A stretch of 58,567 nt of DNA, counting the filler, from Bipalium vagum (lineage: Eukaryota), in NCBI GenBank assembly GCA_037834085.1. It is 3 parts of 3 records of this genome, joined end to end, with 100 filler letters (N's around TTAATTAATTAA, not from the genome) between each part and the next. Parts side by side here need not be neighbours in the genome. Positions count along the whole stretch, not along the records: positions 1 to 17,519 come from JBBMKC010062198.1; 2 more parts are not named here. One strand, 5' to 3'. The position numbers and the translations under genes were made by a program. Under the pieces are notes generated by a model, which had not been told where the DNA came from, did no database searches, and saw nothing but the letters and a program-made list of their open reading frames with translations. This document shows, one piece after another, positions 1-11,200 of the stretch (its first letter is position 1; each line of letters starts with the position of its first letter).

Positions 1-152
1 CGATGGCTTTGATTGCTTCGGTTGGATTGACGTTTTTGAAGGGTTTGGTTGAATTGGTTGGTCAGAAGGTGGGAGTCTCCATATTTCTCCCTCACTTGAG
101 GAACTTTTGTCCCCAGAAGTGGTATTGATGGTTTGATCTGTGAAGTGAAGCA

Positions 153-915
153 TCACTTTATGACCTTTTGTAGTTTCTGCCAATAATCCGGTAATTTTAA
201 GAGTACGTCCTTTAGATGATAACAACGTAGACGGGATTCCTTTGATGCGATTCCTTTGCCTCTCTCCAGTATGGATTTTACAATTTTTGATCCTCTTCTC
301 TTTGGAGCTGGTAAAGGTCGAATAAAGTGTGCTGGAGGTATTGGATGAAGTATTTCTTCGTTAGCTAAATGGTTTTTAATACTAGATGTAACTACCTGCA
401 ATTCTTTGATTAGACCCAATTCAATTTTAAACCATATTTCCCTTAAGATATGGGTGGTTTTAACACATAATACTTTTCGCCATTCGGGTCCTTCGCCTGT
501 TGTCGATGCGATTTCCGGAATATTCAGCTTTTTGGCTGCCTGTTGCAAGCGCACAGTGCCTTGAGCTGAAATATTCATAACTTGTTTTAAATATTGGAGT
601 TGAGGAATATCGATATATCCCGCAACTGATGCTGTGTTAATTCCGCAAATAGTGAATAAATATTCCATTTGATGTGATATAACAACTTTGTTTTGGACTG
701 CTTTTTGAATTAACTTCCCGGCTTTTGGCTCGTCGCGACCACTTTTGAAGACGTGATCATGTATACCAGTTTGTTGGGAATTTAATTTAATGAATTGCCG
801 TGGTGTAACGATTTCTTGTAATATAGTTTTACTATCGTAAGCTTGCACATGTATTGCCAATAGAGCATGAGTCGCCAAATCGGGACCCGCTCTATGTGGT
901 TATATCCACGAATAC
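153..915 (-). pseudogene. Degenerate DEDDh 3'-5' exonuclease-like domain (REX4/ISG20 family resemblance)
   Basis: Joined translation VFVDITT/xAGPDLATHALLAIHVQAYDSKTILQEIVTP...TGIHDHVFKSG...NKVVISHQME...YID...RLQQAAKKL follows the REX4/ISG20 pattern alDCEmVGvGP..s.ARvsivn..G...D.yvkP...sGI...l..G...grilVGH...D...sL..L. Confidence 0.6.
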
Positions 916-1623
916 TGCTGTTGTTTGAATATACCCCAAATCGGATTGAGGTAGAAAATAGGCTTGTTCTGTTTTGAGGGCGTTGAATACTTGATCATCG
1001 GTATGTTGAAGAGTTGTATTGGAAATGAAATCTGGACCATAGAGGTCTTCTACTGCAATGATGGTATCACATTTCCTCGTCTCGAAACATAGAGATCGAG
1101 CTCTGCCAGAGAGTTTCATGGCTTTAATTGTGTGATAACGATCCACTTGAGTTGGTGTAGGAATTCCACCTACTCTTACAGTTACTGAATTAGTGCAAAT
1201 ATGCACGTGAAAATTTTCCTTCGTATAGATAACATCCTTTAGATAGGGAACGATGTCCTTCAAATAAATTACTCCGGGGTTTTTCATTAAATAGATATAC
1301 AGCACCCGTTTTGCTGTACTGATAAATTTGCATTGATTGGGAATATCGGTGATTTCCATTCTTACACTGTTTGGAAAGAAGAGATCTTCGTGTTTCTCCA
1401 TTAATTTGATACACTCTACATAAGGTGTTTTTTTGTAAGAAACGATGTTGAGAACGGCTTTTTCTTTAGAATCGAGTAAATATTGGCTGAGGTGAATTGT
1501 GAGATTTTTTGTAAAGTGATCTTGAACTACTCTTCGGGGAGACTCGCTTGATTGACTTGGTTGTTGCAATTGAAATCCTTTCATATCTACAAAAATTATA
1601 CTCATTAACAGCAGCAGCACCAA
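892..1623 (-). CDS. Unknown accessory ORF of the element; probably N-terminal half of a frameshifted protein continuing into 153-878
   Basis: 243-codon ORF on the element strand, hydrophobic N-terminus LVLLLLMSIIFV; ends AVFVDITT* just 13 nt before the next ORF. Confidence 0.55.
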   Translation of the reverse strand: MVLLLLMSIIFVDMKGFQLQQPSQSSESPRRVVQDHFTKNLTIHLSQYLLDSKEKAVLNIVSYKKTPYVECIKLMEKHEDLFFPNSVRMEITDIPNQCKFISTAKRVLYIYLMKNPGVIYLKDIVPYLKDVIYTKENFHVHICTNSVTVRVGGIPTPTQVDRYHTIKAMKLSGRARSLCFETRKCDTIIAVEDLYGPDFISNTTLQHTDDQVFNALKTEQAYFLPQSDLGYIQTTAVFVDITT

Positions 1624-1725
1624 TCTAAATACTAAATCGTTTAGATGTGTGTATACTGGGCTTTTGAAACAATTTACAGAAAGACATGGTTGTTGAAAAA
1701 CAACATCTGCCCTATGCTGTAATTG

Positions 1726-2796
1726 CTATAATTCGGTCATCTCATAAGTAACCGACTCAATCATGAAAGATTGGTTGCAATTTCTACAATATTTCTTTTT
1801 AATTAAAAATTTAATGAAGTAAAAGGAAAAAAGTGAAAATTTTGTGACAGAAATAAAAGACAGAATAATAATAAGTGCTAGGAAAGAGCGATTTGACCGG
1901 GGAATCAAATCTAAGACCAGATTTTTCATAATTTCATCATTATTTTGAAATTTTTTATTTAGTCTAACAAAAATATGATTTTTAAATCGTTTTACATGTG
2001 GATCTTTATGAGAATCCAAAATTTTATTCAGTCTATCAATTGACATTTTTCTAGTTGATTCATTTTTATGAATAAGAAAGGATGTTAATACAGAATCGAT
2101 TAACTCACACTGATTTTTTACTAGAATTTGTTTTCTCCATTCTATCGTGATATATATATTCTCCATCTTACCTGATATCAAATCGGTAAGAATAATAAGA
2201 TTTTTATTCTTTTCTAGAATACCACAGAAATTTCCTCTGTCCTTATTAGGCGTGTAAATGATATAAATGAGTCGTTCCGACTGGTGAGTTTGGTAAAACC
2301 ATGATCGTTCGCCGTTGGACATTTTCATGGAAATCGACATTCTTTTAAGTTGAATCTTTTTTAGTATTTTACAATCTTGAAATGTATTGTATTCATGCAA
2401 GGTAATTGTCACTGTGTACTCAAGAGTATTGTTTAAATCTCTTAAGATAAATGCTTGTAAACCAGGGTATACATTGGATGAGAAAACAGGGTATTTATTA
2501 GTACTTACTATGAGTTTAATATCGGCTGATGTGTATGGATTAATAATAATGGCTAACACTGTTTTGGCGGAAATTATGGAGATATCAGTGAAACATTTAT
2601 GGATTTTAAAAGTGTTAGTGTTGTCAATTAATAAGATGAATAATAATAAACAAAGTAGTAGTTTATTTGATCGTAAATTATATCGAGGTGCTGAAGATGA
2701 CGATTTTGATAATGATTGCTTACCTTTATTATTTTCATCTGTTTTACTATCAACTTCGCTTTTAGAAATAGAATCCACTTTTTTACATCTATTCAT
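1726..2796 (-). CDS. Env-position type I membrane protein, in frame with the integrase C-terminal domain
   Basis: RYNLRS tail, then hydrophobic signal LLLCLLLFILLI, ectodomain, TM FLALIIILSFISVTKFSLFSFYFIKFLI, and a short tail ending YEMTEL. Confidence 0.72.
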   Translation of the reverse strand: MNRCKKVDSISKSEVDSKTDENNKGKQSLSKSSSSAPRYNLRSNKLLLCLLLFILLIDNTNTFKIHKCFTDISIISAKTVLAIIINPYTSADIKLIVSTNKYPVFSSNVYPGLQAFILRDLNNTLEYTVTITLHEYNTFQDCKILKKIQLKRMSISMKMSNGERSWFYQTHQSERLIYIIYTPNKDRGNFCGILEKNKNLIILTDLISGKMENIYITIEWRKQILVKNQCELIDSVLTSFLIHKNESTRKMSIDRLNKILDSHKDPHVKRFKNHIFVRLNKKFQNNDEIMKNLVLDLIPRSNRSFLALIIILSFISVTKFSLFSFYFIKFLIKKKYCRNCNQSFMIESVTYEMTEL

Positions 2797-3891
2797 GTGT
2801 ATTAATTCAGGATCTTTTTTGGGCTTTTGTGGATTTCTTAATAGAAAATTATTGTCGAAAATCTTTTCGATGACGAAGAGTCCTTTGAAAGTTCGGGTTA
2901 ATTTTGGAGTTTGCCCTTTTTGATTGCCGGATTCTCTACTATTACTCTGTCACCAATAGTTAACAAGGGGTTTTTTGATTTTTTATCGTATGACTCTTTC
3001 ATTATCTCTTGGTTGTATTATATGCTTAAGCCTGCTCTCTTCCAAACTTCTTGTATTCGTTCTTTCTTTATCGTGTCATAATCTGGTTCTTCCATATATT
3101 GGCTAATTGGACTTTGAAATATGAGATCTATTGGCATATTTGTATGACGTAGATACATGAGGTAAAACGGAGGTAAAAACTGCATTTCGGTAAGCAAACA
3201 AACATGAAGCGATGTGTACATCCCAATCATTTTGTTGCTTATTAACATAAGAAGATAACATACTGGCTAAGGTATAATTGAACCTTTCTACTAAGCCATC
3301 GGTTTGAGGATGATAGGGTGTAGTATTTAATTTCAAAATGCCAAAATAATTATTAATTGCCATTAAAAGTTCGCTCATGAATTCTCGTCCTCGATCTGTG
3401 AGTAGCTTTCTCGGTACTCCATATCGAAAAACGATTTGCTCAACAAAAATCTTTGAAATTGTTTCGGCTTTATGATTTGGTATATTTAACGCTTCGGGCC
3501 ATTTTGTTAAGTAATCGCTCATTACTAAAATATAAACTTTACCTGAGGTGGTTTGAGGTAATGGACCAACGATGTCCATAGCGATCATTTCCATGGGAGC
3601 TGGAGGTACTGGCATGGGTTTTAATGGAGCTTTCATTTTTTGACCAGTGTTTCTTCTGGTTTGGCATATTTTACAAGTAGTGCACCATTTTTTAATATCT
3701 TCATTCATATTGGGCCAGTAATATTTTTGAGAGATTCTTGATTTTGTTTTTCGATGAGACAAGTGACCTCCAAGTGTACCATCATGGTACTGTAACAAAA
3801 CAGATTCTCGAAGAATTTGGGGAACGAATATAACTGAATTTAAATTATTTTTTACTTTTAATAAATCATTTTCCAAATGAAAATTTTGCAT
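2780..3891 (-). pseudogene. Integrase (HHCC, DDE core, GPY/F-type C-terminal domain), frameshifted
   Basis: HDGTLGGHLSH...CTTCKIC, MDIVGP, TDRGREF, YHPQTDGLVERFN; continues in shifted frames as PFYLMYLRHTNMPIDL, TIGDRVIV, PKLTRTFKGLFVI, IHMNRCKK. Confidence 0.95.
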
Positions 3892-5812
3892 GCTGTGGTT
3901 TTGTTACAAGTGCTGGATTTTTTAAATAATGATCAATTTCTTGAATTTCAGTATTCTGTTTGACGATTTCTTTAAGATCTTGGATTGAATTTAACTGCTT
4001 AATATGATCAAAAAGACATACTTCCGGCATACGCGATAATGCGTCTGCGTTAGCGTTGGCTTTGCCCTTTCGATATATAATTTTATAATTATACTCTTGG
4101 AGCTTTAGCGACCAACGTATTAGACGAGATGATGTGTCTTTATGTTTCTCTAAATAGGCTAAAGGATTGTGATCGGTATAAACTACAAATTCTCGATCCC
4201 ATAAATGAGTTCGGAATTTGGTAACTCCAAAAATAATAGCTAAGCATTCAAGTTCAATTGTGGCATAATGTTTCTCATGGGTTTTTAAGCTTCTGCTGGC
4301 GTATGCAATTGCGTAGTCTTTTCCATTATCATCCTTTTGACCCAGTACGGCGCCAATAGCTGTGCCGATGGCATCACACATCAATTCAAATTGCTTTTTT
4401 GGATCTGGATATCTTAGTATTGCTGAGGACGTTAGGCGTATTTTGAGTTCATCAAAAGATTCTTGATGCTCAGTTTTGCATTTAAATTGTTCTTCTTTTT
4501 TGAGCAATTTATTAAGTGACGTTGCGATTTTTGCAAAATCTCTAACAAACCTTCGGTAATAGTTAGTTAAACCGAGGAATATTTGGACTTGTTTTGGAGT
4601 TTTTAGAGCGATAGCATTTTTTACTTTACAAATGATTTCCGGATCAGGTTCGATACCTTTAGCAGAGATTATATGACCAATATATTTTACTTTGTCTTGT
4701 GCCCATTCACATGTTGTGGGTTTAATTTTAAATCCTGCTACTTCCATATCCGACATATGAGTTTCAAAATTGGGTGAGAAAACAATTATATCGTCGATGT
4801 ATACCATCGCATCATATATATCCATCAACATAAGGTTCATTGCTCTTTGAAATGTGGCTGGTGCTCCTGTAAGACCGAAAGGCATTTTATTAAATTCATA
4901 TAATCCATTTTCGGTAATGAAAGCTGTTGCTTCTCTTGAATTTTCTGCTACCTCGATGTTCATATATCCTGATTGAAGGTCTATGGTGGTGAACACCTTT
5001 GAAGTGCCTAATTTATCAAATATGCCTTCTATCAGAAGTAACGGATAATTATCTTTGACTGTTACCTCGTTTAATTTTCGGTAATCTATAAACACTCTCC
5101 ATTCTCCTCCCTTCTTTTTGACTACGATCATCGTGGAAGACCAAGGCGAGGAGCTGGTTCTAATTATACCCGTCTCCAACCAATGTGCTATTTGCTTATC
5201 CGCTTCTATTTTGAGAGTATAAGGCGTTCTGTATGCACGTTGTTTGATTGGTTGGGGGTTAGTCAATCGGATTTCGTGTTTCAATATATTTGAAGTACCA
5301 ACATCGAATTCCTGTTTGGCGAATGCATCACGATATATTCGTAAAAGTTGAGTGAACCATTTTTGCTGTCCATAATTCAACGTTGGCGTCGTGACTTGAA
5401 CAGGCTCATAGACCTTTGTGGCTCTAGTAGGGATTGGTTTTGACTGATGACTATATTCAGTTATTGTACCACCTCGCATGCCATTTCTTATCCATCTGGG
5501 ATGAATATCGAAATTTGCTATTCTCACAGGGATATGATTTCTATTAACAATGGCTAGTGTGGTTTGTGCGGCGAGTTTTCCACTTTTTCTTGATTTTTCA
5601 TTTGGTTCAAACAACACTTCCTGACTGTTAGGTAAATTAGTAGATAAAAAACAAATTTGCTCATGTCGAGACGAAATCATAGTTTGCTCAGTGACAACTG
5701 CTATATTGTCTTCGCATTTTATATTATCTCTTTTGCCTTTGGGATGACTGAATTTTAATTCATGTGTGGCAAAATCTAAAATTAATCCAGGTATTTTGGA
5801 CAATATATCCAT
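3866..5812 (-). pseudogene. pol: Reverse transcriptase and RNase H of the gypsy element
   Basis: SSPWSS, IDYRKLN, MPFGLTGAPATFQR, YIDDII, CDAIGTAIGAVLGQ, ELECLAIIFGV, TDHNPL, RWSLKLQEY, NANADALSR. Confidence 0.97.
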
Positions 5813-6075
5813 TTCAATGATACATTATAAATCATTATTGGCCATTATTTTTAAAATATGATCTAAATGATGTCCAATTAGTTGGACTATGCATCGAAGA
5901 GTTCCAAAAAGAGGAAAAAAATTTCCATCAACTCCTACTACCAAAATTAGAGTTGTATTTACAACTTTCTGTTCAGCATCATTTAGTATGCGTACATCGA
6001 TCAGCGACGTTTGAGCTCCTGTATCAATAAGAGCTAATACTGAATGTCTATTGACTTTGATTCTCATGGTTGGTC
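5790..6075 (-). pseudogene. Retropepsin aspartic protease, copy 2
   Basis: RPTMRIKVNRHSVLALIDTGAQTSLI ... L*CIIEMDILSKIPGLILDFATHEL; same frame as the ankyrins upstream and RT downstream (single stop at 5825). Confidence 0.9.
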
Positions 6076-6154
6076 TAGTTTCTGTTAATTGAGACTTAAG
6101 TACACAACATGAACTGGTTGGTGTAGCTATTCTGATAATATTATTGTTGGATAT

Positions 6155-6780
6155 TATTAAATTTGCAATTGATGGTAATTCTAATCTGAGAGCAATATCT
6201 AAAGCTGTACTGCCCTCAGTACTTTGTAAATAAACATTGAGATCTGACCTGGTTAATAATAATTGAGTGATATTTGTGTCTTCGGACACTACTGCTGTAT
6301 GTAACGCCGTTTCACCATTCATCGGATTTTGATCATTTACATTTACTAAATAATCACCATTTTCATCTTTCAATTCTAACAACATTTTAACACCTGTTTC
6401 AAAATGCTTTAAAATAGCGGCCTGTAAAGGTGTATAATAATTATTTGGAAAGCTGTTGACCATTTGAATTAAGTTATGTTACTTCACTTTGCTTAATAAA
6501 TATCGCAAAGCAGCAACATTCATTGCGTCAATAGCATAATCAATGGCTGATCTTCCCATTTTATCTCTTTTGTCAAGTCGACATCCAAGATTTACTAGAG
6601 TTTGTATGAGACAAAGTGGTACATCACAAGTGGGTGATATAATTAAAGGAGTATGTCCAAAAATATTTTAATGTTCTAGAATCCACCAATATTGATCCTT
6701 GACTATTCGATAATGTCATGAGCTTGATCCACATTACCTTTTAATATGGCATTGTGTAACGGTGTATCTCCATGCTGATC
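6155..6780 (-). pseudogene. Six-ankyrin-repeat module (IkB/Cactus-like) inside the pol polyprotein
   Basis: Manual translation across one frameshift and two stops: DQHGDTPLHNAILKG, NIFGHTPLIIS, RDKMGRSAIDYA, NNYYTPLQAAILK, QNPMNGETALHTAV, STEGSTALDIA. Confidence 0.88.
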
Positions 6781-7149
6781 AGGTATAGTGAAGATAATAG
6801 GCAATCAAATTGCAAGATGTTCAAACATACCTGTTTGATCTAATCCAAAAGCATATTGATGACCCAGAGTGGCTACTTCACCAATAATATAACTGATTGT
6901 CCTATTTTCCAAGGTTAAATCAGTTGGTATCATGAATGTAGGTTGATCATGGATTGAAGATCTATATTCAGTTGACTGTAATGCATTTACGTTGGCTATA
7001 TCCATTGGTGGTGTATTACGTTCCTTTTCCTCGGGTGTATCAAAAACTTCTTCAAAGCTGGGTAATGAAGATGTTGCACTGTAACATGGAGACCTTATGG
7101 GTGTTGGTATCTCATTTCCATTAATGAGTTTATTGGTGGCAAAATTCAG

Positions 7150-7680
7150 CATTAAATTAGGCATTTGCTTTAGCACATCCATTCCTAATACACATTCATG
7201 TGAATTGTCGTCTCCAACTTTGATATTGCAATGAATGTGTTAGTTAAATCATTCATTTTGGCAACTTAAAGTTCCGGCTAAATAATATGGCATTGAACCA
7301 ATGCCTAAAACGATATGGCGTGTATGATCCATGATTTGTAGTTCATTTGGCGTTAAAATTCCTTTATGTATGAGAGATGTTGTCGATCCGGTATCGATCA
7401 ACGCAACTAGTGTGTGATCGTTTACTTTTACTATTATATAAGGTCGATTATCTTCTCTTGGAGTTTGCATCATCATAACAGATGGTGTAGTACGTGGAAT
7501 TCCAAGTTGTAACATTTCATAATTATCTCGTAATGATTGTCGATATTTAACCAAGTCTGATTGCGGATACAAAGAATGTCTACTTTGTCTTCTATCTAAA
7601 CTGGTTGCTCTGTTTTCATCCACATTGTAAGGTGGTAACGATGGAGCTTGTGGTTTACTTTTGAATTTATTGTAAATACC
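7150..7680 (-). pseudogene. Retropepsin aspartic protease, copy 1
   Basis: RPYIIVKVNDHTLVALIDTGSTTSLI; after a frameshift near 7250, ECVLGMDVLKQMPNLMLNFATNKL (xLGxDxL C-terminal motif). Confidence 0.9.
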
Positions 7681-8223
7681 TTGTGAAATAAAAAAATAAC
7701 TTCGATCTATTTTTTCAAATTCTGTATTTACCGATTTTCCTTGTATCCAAGCATTTTAAATTATTTAACAAATATATAAATAGTAAAAAATTCAATTCCA
7801 TTTTAATATTCTAGATTCGATACTAACACTAATAATTTTCGAAACATTTTTAAAAATCTTTAGAAAAACCAGTCACAACCCATCATTCAAATGAGCATAT
7901 TCCTGTGCTACATACTAACTTAGACCTTAGAAACTTAATAATTCCGTTTTATTAAAAGGAATCATTTTTTATGGATTAATTATTCATGTTACGATAATTT
8001 TGATGCACATCTTGATTGCAACTAGTTCAATACTTCTTACTACTCTGAAATTTCAAAAATTTGACTTCCGAGTGTAAACATAGAAACACATGGATGATTT
8101 ACACAAATTTCTAGTTAACTTGGAAAAATGATCTATAATCGAAATAACTAACGAAATCGTTAACAATTTTGATTCATTTCAATCGAATAAAAAGCACATT
8201 TATTAACAAATAAACAACAAGAC

Positions 8224-11200
8224 TCAGCACAACTTGATTATTCTTGTCAGTCTATGGATTAAGATCTTGGAAAACGAAAAAGATTCATCAGGAGACGAAT
8301 ACATCTGTAAAATAAATAATAAAAAATATCAATAAAAACACTTCCAAAAGGTTTTGATTTTACCTCCAGAGAAGATTGAATCTTGTGCAAAAATTCTTCA
8401 TCAATGCATTTCGAAACGCTGACGGCAATGTCATCACTCGCAACAGCACCACCTTTGATCTGATCCGATTCAATTTTGAATTGTTGTCTAATTTGGATCC
8501 TTTGAATTGGATGAATGCTGTTGTCATTGAACACAAGTTCCGTGTCTTCCGAGGACCTATATGACAAAATGTGGTTCCAGAGCAGGAAGCAGCAGTTTTC
8601 CAAAGACCCTTTACGAAAAGTAATCAATAAAACGAGAAACGCAACTCACAGATTATGGATTTCATAACATTTTCCATTCGCTTGTACACAACCAAAAGGT
8701 CTGTCACGAGATCACACTCCACCGAGCTCTTATTGGAAATGTATTCAATGGCATTTGTGATCAATTGATCCCCGTTGAATTGTGATTGGCTGGTCACCGG
8801 TGCGGCGTTATCAAAAACCGAGTTCCACAAACTTTGCAATTGATCGGTGGACATTTTTCTCAAATTTTCTTCCACTTCAAAGAGAGACAAAGATTTTTTC
8901 GGATCTGTGATTTTAATATTCACATCCGGTGACACAAAATATAACAATTTCTTTCGCGTATTTTCGAAGCACTCCTGCATTTTGTAAAGAATGATTATCA
9001 ACAGGCTCAAAGGAGGCTTGTTTCCCGACATGACTGATTGGGAAATTTTTCTAATGGCAGAATTCCAATCTAAAATCAATCAAAAACAATTAATCACATG
9101 TTCCACCAATCAATGAAAAATATTTTCAAAAAAAGTTATTAATTAATGAGCTACAACTTCAAAAATAAATCAATTGTTGATGATGTAAATGAAAACTTAC
9201 TGTTTTTCCCTCCTATGGCACTGTCGATGTGCGAGGTGAAGAAAATTCGACTGGAATCCTGCACACAGGGATTGACAATGGCACTGGATATAGAGAGAAA
9301 ATCGTTCATCAGTTGTACCAACAAGAAAGATTGCATCAATTCGTTTTCGTTCTGAATGGGTTTATTCAAAAGACCCAACAGAAATACCATCATATTTGAA
9401 CAACTTGTTCGAATTTTTTCCAGCGTTCGATATTTATATTCGATTCTAAAAGAAAATCGATTTTTTCATTAAATCCCGTTACGATAACAATTGAGAAATC
9501 AATTTTTACTCAGATTGTGATTTCGATTTTAAGATTCCCGGCACGAGAACCACAAACAAATTGCTGATGTGGATCATTTCTTTCAACGAGTTTGTGCAGA
9601 TAGAATTGATCGAGCATTGGAAAAATGCACAAAGACTATCGATTGCTTCACCAATGAATATCAAAACTTCGCGAACAGCGTCACTTTTTTCAATTCCTTT
9701 TAAAAAGATTTAATTGTTGATAAAAACGTTTTTCCAGTGAAGATCTCAATTTTACCGAGACTACTCAAAATCGTGTTGCATAAATTCACGACAAAGGAAA
9801 TGATATTGCGATATTGGAAATCCAGATCTTCCACCTCAACGTCTTCTTCTGTGCATAGGATTTCTGGGGCTTTGACCGGATGTTGGATTTTGAACAGACT
9901 ACTGCGCGACAAGCTGGTCAGAGCACCGCACTGAATCACGGCACAAGCACCCGACTGCGATTTCGACAATGTACACAACAGTGTCATTCGGGACACATAC
10001 AAATAATATGAGTGAAAATCGTTGGAATTGTTCGTGTCGTGTATGTAATTGATGTCGTGAGACTGCTTTATATTATTGAAAATGTTCTCACAATCTCTCA
10101 TCAAACTATCGATAAAATTCTGAAATCAATAAAAAATCAATTGATAAATCAAAATATGATTTTTCCTTACATTTAGATATCCGTGAGATACGATATAGGA
10201 GACCAGTGTTCCATAATCGTTGTCTAAAGACAATAGAGAATCCAATACACCCAATGATGTCAGTGCTAGGTGAATGTTCCCACTAACACAATCACTACAA
10301 ACCGTGGAATACAGAGACTTGTCAGAAATATTTTCTAAATACAACGATGAGCTGTTATTGATTGTCAAATACAAGGTCGATAGGCAATCAATAAAATCCG
10401 GCCGCAAGTTACCTGGGAACGAAAAATATTAAAATGGCAAAACAAAATGAGATGAGACACTGACATATTTGGAAAATTGTTTGCAGGAAATAAGTGAGCA
10501 CTCCGTAAAATTTGATTCGAGTATTTTGATACTTGTAATCTAAAAATGGTAAAATTTAAGAATGGAATTCCAGAGTATGGAAATGATAAACACAAACCGA
10601 TTTCCATGATGCACATCACTGTTTCTTTGATTAAGATTTGCAGCTGGTTGCACAAGCTTTCCAAATCAATCGTCTCCAATCGCTTTTCTTTTTCGTTGTC
10701 CACAAAATCATCAGGCATCACGTTCGTTGTGAATCGACTGACTTGAATCTCCGTTACAAACATTCCTGCAAAAACACCAGCTAAAACGAGACTGGTTCTA
10801 CTAAACGGAGTCAACAGACAGTTCGGAGTACTAGGTGCCAAAATCTAAGGAAGAAAATTACACACACGTAGAAACTAATCTCAGCGAAATTCAATCGTAA
10901 CTTACCTTTTCATTTATCAGCCGCAACAAAAGGTAAATTTTCTGTCTCTTAATGTCGACATCAATATAGTCCTCGCTGCTGCATTCGAACAGCATGACAA
11001 CCTCCACAACCTGACGCCAAGCTTCTACAACGGCCAATTTTCCGAAGTGCAACAATGTAATATTTTTATTGTATTTATCAACAAATTGATGAATGCTTTC
11101 GATTTCTTGATGAACAAGCTGCATATACTCATCGTCCATGGCCATATTGAGATCCAAGGAAATAATTTGTTTCAACTTTTTACTGTTCAATAGTTGAACG

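Larger units (their letters stand above)
1..7690 (-). mobile_element. Decayed Ty3/gypsy (Metaviridae-type) retroelement with accessory domains; 5' part (gag/LTR) not seen, 3' end runs off the window
   Basis: Minus-strand ORFs in PR-RT-RH-IN order (gypsy order) plus extra domains; about 10 stops/frameshifts; no LTR recognised in window. Confidence 0.93.

Noticed and set aside
2387-2923. 178-aa plus-strand ORF
   Set aside because: Antisense shadow of the integrase tail and membrane-protein frame; no motifs
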